From positions 9,346 to 73,345 of the forward strand of contig CAJUMA010000001.1 of the NCBI GenBank assembly GCA_910587065.1: a stretch of 64,000 nt of DNA. Reading direction: 5' to 3'. The notes under the pieces are model-generated. The model was given only the letters and a program-made list of their open reading frames with translations. It searched no databases and had not been told where the DNA came from. Of this stretch, positions 1 to 8,206 are shown piece by piece; position 1 is the first letter of the stretch; each line of letters opens with the position of its first letter. Both the position numbers and the translations under genes were made by a program. This DNA is from an uncultured Bacilli bacterium. Lineage in GTDB: Bacteria; Bacillota_I; Bacilli_A; RF39; UBA660.

Positions 1-315
1 TTCAATATCTTTTATTTTATTATAAATTGAAAGTGAATCAACTATTGTATCTTCATAGGTATATACTTTTTTTATATCCAAGCCACTTGGAGGATACACT
101 TTATCAACTTTATATTTTTCTTTTATTTCTGATTGTTCAGTGTCTATTAAATTTAATAGTTCTTCTTTATTGGCTATTAAACCAATCTTTTCTCCATTAA
201 GATATACTTGATATACTTCAATAGGTGTACCAGCTACTCTTGTATCCATACCAACAAAGAATAACAGGCACGAAAATATAACAGTTATAAATCCCCCTAA
301 GATTTTACTCTTCAT
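1..315 (-). CDS. membrane-anchored hypothetical protein, N-terminal 105 codons only (gene runs off the left edge)
   Basis: ATG at 315-313 follows AGGAGGA. The frame is open down to position 1. It translates to MKSKILGGFITVIFSCLLFFVG..., with one N-terminal TM helix. Absent from the ORF track because it is truncated. Confidence 0.5.
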   Translation of the reverse strand, partial: MKSKILGGFITVIFSCLLFFVGMDTRVAGTPIEVYQVYLNGEKIGLIANKEELLNLIDTEQSEIKEKYKVDKVYPPSGLDIKKVYTYEDTIVDSLSIYNKIKDIE

Positions 316-323
316 AAGTCCTC

Positions 324-1691
324 CTATTCATCCTGAACATTCTTAACATAATTTCTAAAATTACTAATGTTCTTTTCAAATAATAATTCTATTGTTCCAG
401 TTGCTCCTGAACGATGTTTTCCAACAATTAGTTCTGATAAAGAAATATTATTTTCTTCAACAGCACCAGCCGGTTTATTATAATAATCATCTCGATAAAG
501 GAAGGCTACTATATCAGCATCTTGCTCGATTGAACCAGACTCTCTTAAATCCGACATAATTGGTCTTTTATTTTCTCTTCCTTCAACATTACGAGAAAGC
601 TGTGCCAGTGCTATAACAGGTACATCAAGTTCCATCGCCATTGTTTTTAAACTACGAGAAATATCTGATACTTCCTGCTGTCTATTATTACCATAACCAG
701 GGCCTCCAGAAATCAACTGTAAGTAGTCGATTACTACAAGTCCAAGTCCTTTTCCAACACCAGCAAGTCTACGACACTTAGCACGTATTTCGCCAATCGT
801 AATACCTGGAGTATCTTCTATATAAAGTGGAGCATCAGCCAGTTCACTCATTGCCTCATTAACTTTCTTCCAATCATCATGATTAAGTTTTCCTGTACGA
901 AGTTTATTACCTTCTACAGCACCAACTGCACTAATCATTCTCATCATTAATTGTTCAGCACCCATTTCAAGGTTGAAAACAGCAACATTTTTACCACTAG
1001 TTACAGCAGCATTAGTTGCAATATTTAAAGCAAATGCTGTTTTACCCATTGCAGGACGCGCTGCAATAATTATTAATTCATGAGGATGAAGTCCACTAGT
1101 TAATTTATCAAAATCATAAAAACCAGTCGCAATTCCTGTTACATCCTGATTATTCTTAGCTAATGCTTCTAGTTGTTCTTTAGTACTCTTAACAACTTGG
1201 GCACTAGTTTTAAATTCTCCAGACCTTCTAGCTTTAGTAACAGTAAATATTTGTTTTTCAGCTGTTTCAATTATTGCATTTGTATCATTTGCTTCATCTC
1301 TTGCAGTAACTTCTATTTTTTCACATACATCTATTAAACTTCTTCTTAATTTCTTTTCTCTTATAATATTAATATATGTATCAACATTAGAAGCAGAGAC
1401 AACTGAATCTATTACCTCACTTAGAAATTCTACACCACCAATAGAATTTATTGGTGTAACTTTTTCTATCTCATTTTTTAAGATAATTGCATCCATTGGT
1501 TCTTTTCTAGTATGAATTTCTTTCATAGCATCAAAAATAGTCGCATTCTTTTTATCAAAAAACATCTCGCTTGATAATTCTTCACAAACTTTTTCTAATG
1601 CATAGCTAGATAAAAAAGCGCAGCCTAAAACATTCATTTCTGCTTCTAAATTTTTAGGTTCATCTCTTTTAATCTCTGGCATGCCCTTCAC
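324..1691 (-). CDS. dnaB: replicative DNA helicase DnaB
   Basis: 455 aa. Walker A ARPAMGKTAF, Walker B VVIDYLQL, DnaB N-terminal domain NLEAEMNVLGCAFL. Lies directly downstream of rplI, as in Bacillus. Confidence 0.95.
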   Translation of the reverse strand: MKGMPEIKRDEPKNLEAEMNVLGCAFLSSYALEKVCEELSSEMFFDKKNATIFDAMKEIHTRKEPMDAIILKNEIEKVTPINSIGGVEFLSEVIDSVVSASNVDTYINIIREKKLRRSLIDVCEKIEVTARDEANDTNAIIETAEKQIFTVTKARRSGEFKTSAQVVKSTKEQLEALAKNNQDVTGIATGFYDFDKLTSGLHPHELIIIAARPAMGKTAFALNIATNAAVTSGKNVAVFNLEMGAEQLMMRMISAVGAVEGNKLRTGKLNHDDWKKVNEAMSELADAPLYIEDTPGITIGEIRAKCRRLAGVGKGLGLVVIDYLQLISGGPGYGNNRQQEVSDISRSLKTMAMELDVPVIALAQLSRNVEGRENKRPIMSDLRESGSIEQDADIVAFLYRDDYYNKPAGAVEENNISLSELIVGKHRSGATGTIELLFEKNISNFRNYVKNVQDE

Positions 1692-1696
1692 TTCCT

Positions 1697-2134
1697 CTAT
1701 TCAACATGTACATTTATATTTGCAATAACTCTTTTATGTAGATTAATATCTACAACATGAACCCCTAAACTATCTATCGTATGATTGCATGTAATCTTCT
1801 TTTTATCAACGTCATATCCTAATTTTTTAAGTTCATCAGATATTTGTTTAGAAGATATACTACCAAACATCTTACCATCTTTTCCTGTTTTTGCTTTAAA
1901 ATTAACTGTAACACTAGCAAGACGTTTTTTCAATTCTTCACATTCAGAAACTAACGCAGCCTCTTCATCACTTCGAGATTTTAAATCTCTTTCTAATTTA
2001 TTTTTATTTTGTGTATTATAAGGAACAGCAAGACCTTTACTTATTAAGAAATTATTAGCATATCCATCAGATACATCAATTACTTGGTCTTTCTTTCCTT
2101 GTTTCTTTACATCAGTAAGTAAAATAACTTTCAT
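1697..2134 (-). CDS. rplI: 50S ribosomal protein L9
   Basis: MKVILLTDVKKQGKKDQVIDVSDGYANNFLI is a typical L9 N-domain. ATG 2134 with an AAGGGA RBS is preferred over the GTG at 2152 used by the ORF track. Confidence 0.93.
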   Translation of the reverse strand: MKVILLTDVKKQGKKDQVIDVSDGYANNFLISKGLAVPYNTQNKNKLERDLKSRSDEEAALVSECEELKKRLASVTVNFKAKTGKDGKMFGSISSKQISDELKKLGYDVDKKKITCNHTIDSLGVHVVDINLHKRVIANINVHVE

Positions 2135-2216
2135 ATTATTCCCTTCTTCCACATGTGAATATTATATCAAATTTATGCAGGCTTTGCACTAAAAACAAGA
2201 TATTTATAAATAAGAG

Positions 2217-2242
2217 AAGGTGGCTTCCTATAAAACCACCTT
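2217..2242 (-). terminator. hairpin between the Fic pseudogene and rplI (weak terminator candidate)
   Basis: AAGGTGG (2217-2223) pairs with CCACCTT (2236-2242) around a 12-nt loop. The flanks are only moderately T-rich. Confidence 0.3.
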
Positions 2243-2322
2243 TAAAACTTTATCTGTATGAAAACTATAATTATTTGCAATTAAATTAATAATTAATCTT
2301 ATATCTTCTGGAGTATAATAAT

Positions 2323-2781
2323 CTAACATTTCATCACCAATTTATTCCCTAAAAAACTTTCCAAGCTAAAATCATCAGTTAAATTATTTTCAATCAATGT
2401 TTTAATTTCTAAAGTATTTATAGGGCTTCTTTCTATAGCTTGTAAATACAACCTTTTATCTATATTTTCCCAATTTACAATTTTATTTAAATTTTTCTTT
2501 AATATTAAATCTAACCAAATTCTAGTACTTCTACCATTGCCTTCTAAAAAGGATGAGCAATATTCATTTCAACATATTTATTTATGATATCATTTAAATT
2601 TTTTCACTCATCAATTCTATTTTTTCTAACATTTTTTTTTAAATAAAGCGAATTACCAAACCTAAAATTCCCTTTAGATATATTATCTTTCCTAATCATG
2701 CCTGCAAAATCATCTAAATCAGCAAACAAATTGAATATAACCTTTTAGCATTTTCCATACTTTTTTATCTATATCATTCAT
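2323..2781 (-). pseudogene. Fic/DOC (Fido) family gene, inactivated by multiple frame breaks
   Basis: The minus strand reads [20 protein letters not shown], then in other frames ..[31 protein letters not shown].. and ..NIAHPF | [41 protein letters not shown]. The HPFxxGNGR motif itself is split by a frameshift at the A5 run 2546-2550. Confidence 0.75.
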
Positions 2782-2940
2782 AACAATTCATAAACTTTCT
2801 ACGTATCATTATAATGGTTCATATATATTTATATTTTACCATAAATACGTCATTTAAACAACATAGACAAACATTTTATAACCATTCTTTATTACCTTTA
2901 ATAGACCCTCTAAAAATTTTGCATCAAATTATTAAATAAA

Positions 2941-2967
2941 TAAAAAAGGCACTTTATTAAGTGTCTT
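2941..2967 (-). terminator. intrinsic terminator after rpsR
   Basis: On the minus strand, stem AGACACT/AGTGCCT (one G-U pair) has a 6-nt loop and is followed by TTTTTT. It starts 2 nt after the rpsR stop. Confidence 0.6.
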
Positions 2968-2968
2968 A

Positions 2969-3193
2969 TTATTTAACAAATGGTATTAAAGCCATAAATC
3001 TAGCTCTTTTAATTTGTTGAGCTATATATCTTTGATGCTTAGCACATGCTCCTGTCATTCTTCTAGGCATTATTTTACCTTTTTCATTTATATATTTAGA
3101 AACAATTGCAACATCTTTATAATCAACGCTTTTTCCAGCGCACATTTGACAAATTTTCTTTTTCTTTCTGAAAAATTCAGCCATTTTATTCAT
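2969..3193 (-). CDS. rpsR: 30S ribosomal protein S18
   Basis: 74 aa with the S18 signature ..VDYKDVAIVSKYINEKGKIMPRRMTGACAKHQRYIAQQIKRARFMALIPF. Sits in rpsF-ssb-rpsR order. Confidence 0.95.
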   Translation of the reverse strand: MNKMAEFFRKKKKICQMCAGKSVDYKDVAIVSKYINEKGKIMPRRMTGACAKHQRYIAQQIKRARFMALIPFVK

Positions 3194-3198
3194 CCTTT

Positions 3199-3654
3199 CT
3201 AAAATGGTAAATCATCATCACTTAGTACAACCTCTGATCCTAAATCTTTATATGGGTCTTCGCTTAAATCAGCTCCATCTGATGGAGCATCCCCACTACT
3301 ATAATCAGGCATACTATCAGCAAAATCAGATCCGCCACTATTTTTGCTACTTAAAAATCTAACATTGTCTGCAACAACATCAGTAGTGTATCTTGTAGTT
3401 CCATCTTGTGCTTGATAACTACCAGTTTGAATTCTACCAGTAACACCAACCATTGAACCTTTCTTGCAGTATTTAGCAACATTCTCTGCTTGATTTCTCC
3501 ATACAACTATATTAATAAAATCTGTATGGGGCTCCCCATTAGCTCCAGGGCGACCATCTACAGCAATACTAAATCTACAATTAGAAAGTCCACTAGCTGT
3601 TGTTCTTAATTCTGGATCCCTAGTTAATCTTCCTACTAAACAAACATTATTCAT
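3199..3654 (-). CDS. ssb: single-stranded DNA-binding protein
   Basis: OB-fold N-terminus MNNVCLVGRLTRDPELR, an acidic disordered tail, and the canonical C-terminal DDDLPF. Confidence 0.95.
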   Translation of the reverse strand: MNNVCLVGRLTRDPELRTTASGLSNCRFSIAVDGRPGANGEPHTDFINIVVWRNQAENVAKYCKKGSMVGVTGRIQTGSYQAQDGTTRYTTDVVADNVRFLSSKNSGGSDFADSMPDYSSGDAPSDGADLSEDPYKDLGSEVVLSDDDLPF

Positions 3655-3658
3655 GTTA

Positions 3659-3949
3659 TTACTCCTCGTCTAAATTAATTATCATATGTCTTATGATATT
3701 TTCATCAATTTTCGCTTTACGATCTAATTCACTAACGATATCATTAGTAGCATTAAAATTAACTACATAATAAAAACCAGTAATTTCTTTATTAATTGCA
3801 TAAGCTAATTTTTTTTGACCTAAATCTTTTTCTTCAGTTATTTCACCCTTCATTGATGTAATAATAGATTTTAGGTTTTCAACTGAAGTTTTAACATTAG
3901 CTTCATCAATTGTAGTTTTTACTATGAACATCATTTCATACTTGTTCAT
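3659..3949 (-). CDS. rpsF: 30S ribosomal protein S6
   Basis: MNKYEMMFIVKTTIDE.. is typical of S6, and it is the first gene of the rpsF-ssb-rpsR operon. Confidence 0.95.
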   Translation of the reverse strand: MNKYEMMFIVKTTIDEANVKTSVENLKSIITSMKGEITEEKDLGQKKLAYAINKEITGFYYVVNFNATNDIVSELDRKAKIDENIIRHMIINLDEE

Positions 3950-4045
3950 ATCTACACCTCCTTGTGGTCTATTCGGCTTTAAACACAGTTAAAGCAAGGA
4001 GCTCTTCGCTCGCAAGTATTATAACAAATAACACTCATTATGTAA
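3950..4045 (-). promoter_or_regulatory. rpsF operon promoter plus structured 5' leader
   Basis: On the minus strand: TTACAT (4045-4040), a 16-nt spacer, then TGTTATAAT (-10 at 4023-4018). A ~65-nt GC-richer leader follows (ACTTGCGAGCGAAGAGCTCCTTGC...) and ends in AAGGAGG before the ATG. An S6:S18-binding rpsF leader is known in Firmicutes, but the fold was not verified here. Confidence 0.4.
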
Positions 4046-4054
4046 ATGATTATT

Positions 4055-4888
4055 TTAAATTAACCTTCTATCTTGACTAAAGTACTGTTCCTTGAAATTA
4101 TCCTTATCAACTTGGTCTTTAAAAATCATGTCGGCTCGTTCATTTGCATTTCCCTCATCAATACTAAATAAATCTTTCTGTAATAATCCTGTTAAATTTT
4201 CAAACTTATAGTCAATTAATTCTTTATCAAAGCACTTAGTTTTAACACAGTTAAGAAAACTCGAAAAGAAAGTAATATAATTAAGCCATAGTCTATAATC
4301 GCTAGTTCCATTTGGCGTCCTAAACTCAATAACTTTTACTGGATCTTTTTTGTATGTGGTTAAAGTCTTTAAAGATATACTAAATGACTTAGCATTAATG
4401 TACCTTAAATAACGGTCACGCTTTTTTGCATTAGAATTATACTTTGCATAAAAGTGACTCCTTATTGGATGAGCATAATCTCCTGCTGATTCTCTAATAT
4501 GATTATCTTCACCAAGTGAAAAGCGATAAACAATATTTTCATAAACAGAAAACATTTTAAGAAAATTTAAAATATCATCTTCACTAAAATCATATGCATC
4601 AAGATTAGTTTGAAAACTAGCACTATCATAAGTTGCACCTAAAAACTTTAAAGTTTTAGATAGCTTCTTAAACATTACAATATTTTCTTTAGTATTTTCT
4701 AAAACTGAACTTCTTATCTCAATTCCACCATAATCAAGTGTATTATCAACACCAATCTTAAAACTTTTTGGCACTTTTTTAGCAATAACTCTTTCTCCTT
4801 CATCATATGAAACATTTTCTAACTCAATTTCCACACCATAAGGTATAAATATTTCTGGAGTTATAATATTTTTAGCAACTAAATTCAT
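4055..4888 (-). CDS. amidoligase-like (Amidoligase_2 / GS-like fold) protein, divergent
   Basis: Motif series YGVEIELE ... VDNTLDYGGIEIRSSVL ... FQTNLD (in place of the usual HVHV) ... VIEFRTPNGTSDYRLWLNYI. The pattern matches putative amidoligases. ATG 4888 with a GAAGGGGAA RBS is preferred over the GTG at 4948 used by the ORF track. Confidence 0.5.
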   Translation of the reverse strand: MNLVAKNIITPEIFIPYGVEIELENVSYDEGERVIAKKVPKSFKIGVDNTLDYGGIEIRSSVLENTKENIVMFKKLSKTLKFLGATYDSASFQTNLDAYDFSEDDILNFLKMFSVYENIVYRFSLGEDNHIRESAGDYAHPIRSHFYAKYNSNAKKRDRYLRYINAKSFSISLKTLTTYKKDPVKVIEFRTPNGTSDYRLWLNYITFFSSFLNCVKTKCFDKELIDYKFENLTGLLQKDLFSIDEGNANERADMIFKDQVDKDNFKEQYFSQDRRLI

Positions 4889-4947
4889 AAGTTCCCCTTC
4901 TTTAAGTCGGTTAGTATAACAAAAAAGCAGACTTTTTGCAAAGTCCA

Positions 4948-5637
4948 CTAATCATCTTTATAAGGATACCTATAGTAATACCTTCTTTCTTCATATTGTG
5001 GCACACTATCAAATAGTCCTATTTCCTCTTCTAATTCAGGAACTTCCGCAGTATAAATTTGATATAAATCAGCAAAATCATACTTATTAGGATTTAAAAG
5101 TAAAAATCTTAATACTTCACAAAACCTTTTCTTAGTTGATAATTCATGATAAACAAACGAATAATCAGAATTTCTTAAAGATTCTACTTCTAACCTCTCA
5201 GCAACGCCATTTAAATTCCCTTCAAAAAAACTATCATATATAATATTCTCTGACCTTTTTTTATCACATTTATAAAAAGCGTCTAAACTTCCTTTTAGCA
5301 TACTAGAAATGACAATACTTTCTAAAGGATAAGACTTATCTCCAACAAATATATTCTTAAATAAGGCTTGTATATCTTTATCATTTTTCTTAACATATAT
5401 TCCCTTACCAGTCAGTTCAATATCAATTGGATTAACACCTATACCTTCAAGATATTTTCTGGAAATGCCCTTTAAAATTTCGGCTTTTATGGCTTCAAAT
5501 AAATGAAATTTATCTTTATATTTTAATGTATAAGAATCAATTTCTGATAAAGTAGCAGTCTTTAATTCATATTCAAATTTCTCAGGGCACCAAGGATATA
5601 TATTTAGACACACAATTAAAGAACATTTAGCCTTCAT
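4948..5637 (-). CDS. hypothetical protein (229 aa), no recognisable domain
   Basis: Has a GGGGGA RBS and starts 16 nt after the ychF stop. Its stop touches or overlaps the next ORF. I recognise no motifs. Confidence 0.6.
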   Translation of the reverse strand: MKAKCSLIVCLNIYPWCPEKFEYELKTATLSEIDSYTLKYKDKFHLFEAIKAEILKGISRKYLEGIGVNPIDIELTGKGIYVKKNDKDIQALFKNIFVGDKSYPLESIVISSMLKGSLDAFYKCDKKRSENIIYDSFFEGNLNGVAERLEVESLRNSDYSFVYHELSTKKRFCEVLRFLLLNPNKYDFADLYQIYTAEVPELEEEIGLFDSVPQYEERRYYYRYPYKDD

Positions 5638-5653
5638 AAAATCCCCCTAACAT

Positions 5654-6760
5654 CTATTTACTTACATTAAATCTAAAATAAACTATATCTCCATCTTGCA
5701 TTTTATATTCTTTTCCTTCAAGTCGAACCTTCCCTGCTTCTTTGACCTTAATCTCTGAACCATAAGTTTTTAAATCATTAAAACTCATAACTTCAGCCTT
5801 TATAAATCCTTTTTCAAAATCTGTATGTATGATACCTGCACATTCTGGAGCCTTCATTCCTTTTTTAAAAGTCCACGCACGGCATTCATCTTCACCACTA
5901 GTAAAGAATGTTTCAAGTCCAAGCAAATCATAAGTCGCAAAGATAAGTTTATCTAGTCCCGAATTAGTAATACCTAAATCAGCCATAAATGCACTTTTTT
6001 CTTCATCTTCAAGAGGAGCAAGTTCTGCTTCAATTTTAGCACACATTACAATCACGCCAGCACCTTCATTGCTTGCATACTCCATAACCTTATCAGTATA
6101 CTCATTGTGTCCAATAGCAATAACTTCTTCACTCACGTTTGCTGCATAGATAATTGGTTTTATTGTAATAAAAGAAAAGTTCTTTAATACGGCCAATTCA
6201 TTGTCATCAAATTCCACTCTTCTTAAAGGAATATTTTTCTCTAAATTTGCCACACATTTTTGCAAAGTATTTATTTCAAGTAGTTCTTGCTTATCTTTAG
6301 TCATAGTTGCTTTTTTACCTATTTTATTCATTCTGTTATTAATAATTTCTAAATCTGAAAGAATTAACTCAACATTAATAATTTCAATATCTCTAATAGG
6401 ATCTACTCCGCCCTCAACATGAGTAATATCTTTATCATCAAAACATCTTACAACTTCTACAATTGCATCAACTTCCCTAATATGACTTAAAAATTTATTA
6501 CCTAATCCTTCTCCTTGATGAGCTCCCTTAACTAAGCCTGCAATATCAATAAATTCATAAGCAGTTGGAACAATACTCTTAGGATTGTACATACCAACCA
6601 AATAATCCAATCTAGTATCAGGGACAGTAACTACGCCGATATTTGGATCAATTGTTGCAAAGGGATAATTTGCTGCCAAAATATTCTTTTTTGTAATTGC
6701 ATTAAACAATGTAGATTTACCAACATTTGGTAATCCAACTATTCCTGCCTTTAAAGCCAT
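5654..6760 (-). CDS. ychF: ribosome-binding ATPase YchF
   Basis: MALKAGIVGLPNVGKSTLFNAIT (G1 motif), a DIAGLV G3 motif, and a C-terminal TGS-like ..DGDIVYFRFNV. Confidence 0.95.
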   Translation of the reverse strand: MALKAGIVGLPNVGKSTLFNAITKKNILAANYPFATIDPNIGVVTVPDTRLDYLVGMYNPKSIVPTAYEFIDIAGLVKGAHQGEGLGNKFLSHIREVDAIVEVVRCFDDKDITHVEGGVDPIRDIEIINVELILSDLEIINNRMNKIGKKATMTKDKQELLEINTLQKCVANLEKNIPLRRVEFDDNELAVLKNFSFITIKPIIYAANVSEEVIAIGHNEYTDKVMEYASNEGAGVIVMCAKIEAELAPLEDEEKSAFMADLGITNSGLDKLIFATYDLLGLETFFTSGEDECRAWTFKKGMKAPECAGIIHTDFEKGFIKAEVMSFNDLKTYGSEIKVKEAGKVRLEGKEYKMQDGDIVYFRFNVSK

Positions 6761-6827
6761 TTTAATTCCTTCCTTCCATGTTAATTATAACACATATAAA
6801 ATTTTATTATTAATCAATAATTATATA

Positions 6828-7808
6828 TCATTTTTCTTTATATTTTAACACTCTTTTAAATTCATTTGTAAAAATTTTTAAAACTTTCCTATAAATACCT
6901 TCAACAGTTTGATACTCATCACCGTTTATTACAGACGGAGCATCAGGTATTATATATTTGCGATTATCATAAATCGAACGCTTCCCTAAATTTATTAAAT
7001 TTCTTCTACCACTAGAAACTTCTAAATTAAATTCTTTATAATAAGGGTTCACTATATTTTTTAGACCATTATAGAATGTTATTCTTGCGATAATTTTGCC
7101 TTCGTAAAGAAATGATGCTGAAACAGTATCATCCGTTTTTTGAAAAACAATGCCATTTATGGTTCTAGAATTTTCCTTTTTCATATAATTTTGAACAAAT
7201 CTTCTTATGATATGTTCTAAATCATTTATTACAGAAATTTTTTCTATAATTGCCTCAGTCTCTAGTATAAAATTCATACGAAAATCCATATATTCTTCTC
7301 TTATTTCTTCAATCGACTTATGATTTTTTAATATTACACAGTCATTTATTTTAAGGTAATCATCCATAATACAATCTAAAGCATTTAGATACGCAGACAT
7401 ACAATCTCCAACAGTATAGATTGGGCTTCTTTTTATATCACAATCTTTTGTATTACTAATTGTAATATATGATTGTGTTCTATCATTTAAAGTAGCTAAA
7501 TCAAATTCAGCAAAATAGATAACATGATTTTCTAAATACAAACCTATTTCCTCTGTAAAATTGGGCAAATGTATACGAGTTTCTCCAGCAGTTATAACCA
7601 TATCATAATCCAATAAACTAGCTATTTCATCACGACTTAATTTTTTTAATTTTCTCTGACATGTAATATTTTGAAGTCCCTTTTCTCTAAAATAAGCATC
7701 AACAAAGGAAAAATATTCCTCATCACCTAAAAACAAGATTTTTAAATTTTCATTATTCTTAGAAACTAAGGGTTCTTCTTTTACTTCATTTTGCCTATAA
7801 CGATGCAA
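6828..7808 (-). CDS. hypothetical protein, probable C-terminal part of a gene split by a homopolymer frameshift
   Basis: The track ORF starts at TTG, but the same frame stays open upstream to 7935 (KKRLIDKIWKDNIPFIEIHDHNF...). It joins the 7918-8145 ORF if the T8 run at 7932-7939 changes by 1 nt. Confidence 0.55.
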   Translation of the reverse strand: MHRYRQNEVKEEPLVSKNNENLKILFLGDEEYFSFVDAYFREKGLQNITCQRKLKKLSRDEIASLLDYDMVITAGETRIHLPNFTEEIGLYLENHVIYFAEFDLATLNDRTQSYITISNTKDCDIKRSPIYTVGDCMSAYLNALDCIMDDYLKINDCVILKNHKSIEEIREEYMDFRMNFILETEAIIEKISVINDLEHIIRRFVQNYMKKENSRTINGIVFQKTDDTVSASFLYEGKIIARITFYNGLKNIVNPYYKEFNLEVSSGRRNLINLGKRSIYDNRKYIIPDAPSVINGDEYQTVEGIYRKVLKIFTNEFKRVLKYKEK

Positions 7809-7917
7809 AATGCAAAAAACATCACTTTCATCTAAATTAGTTCGAGCAATCTTAGGTGTAAATAAAGAAAAATTGTGGTCATGTATCTCAATAAAAGGAA
7901 TATTATCTTTCCATATT

Positions 7918-8145
7918 TTATCTATTAAACGTTTTTTTTAGTCTATCTGCTCTTCTTCCGCTATAAAAGGCATCACTGATTGCCGCAAATCCTATATCAT
8001 TCAAAAAGGATGGATTTTCATTTAAATATTCTAAAGCTCTATCCTCAGATGAAATCCAAATAATATTCCGATACCCATAATTATTAAGCATCTTATAATG
8101 TTTTCTATTTTTACTTAATAAAAAAACTTGCTTTGTTTTTTCCAT
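7918..8145 (-). CDS. hypothetical protein, probable N-terminal part of the same split gene
   Basis: 75 codons ending ..RADRLKKTFNR* immediately after the A8 (coding-strand) run. No domain recognised. Confidence 0.45.
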   Translation of the reverse strand: MEKTKQVFLLSKNRKHYKMLNNYGYRNIIWISSEDRALEYLNENPSFLNDIGFAAISDAFYSGRRADRLKKTFNR

Positions 8146-8206
8146 AGTTATCAGTCCACCCTTGTTGTTTAAATCTTATTATAACAAAAAAAGAATCAGT
8201 TTAAAA

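Noticed and set aside
1785-2021. Antisense ORFs nested inside well-supported genes, of which 1785-2021 is one. The others are 3014-3202, 6201-6422, 13853-14074, 18989-19177, 19620-19805, 27770-27955, 28502-28687, 32832-33050, 33986-34279, 39873-40109, 40899-41147, 51247-51474, 51471-51665, 58315-58503 and 60244-60438.
   Set aside because: Each lies entirely within, or opposite, a longer ORF that has clear family motifs. They have low-complexity Ser/Phe/Ile/Leu-rich translations typical of the reverse strand of AT-rich genes, and no RBS.
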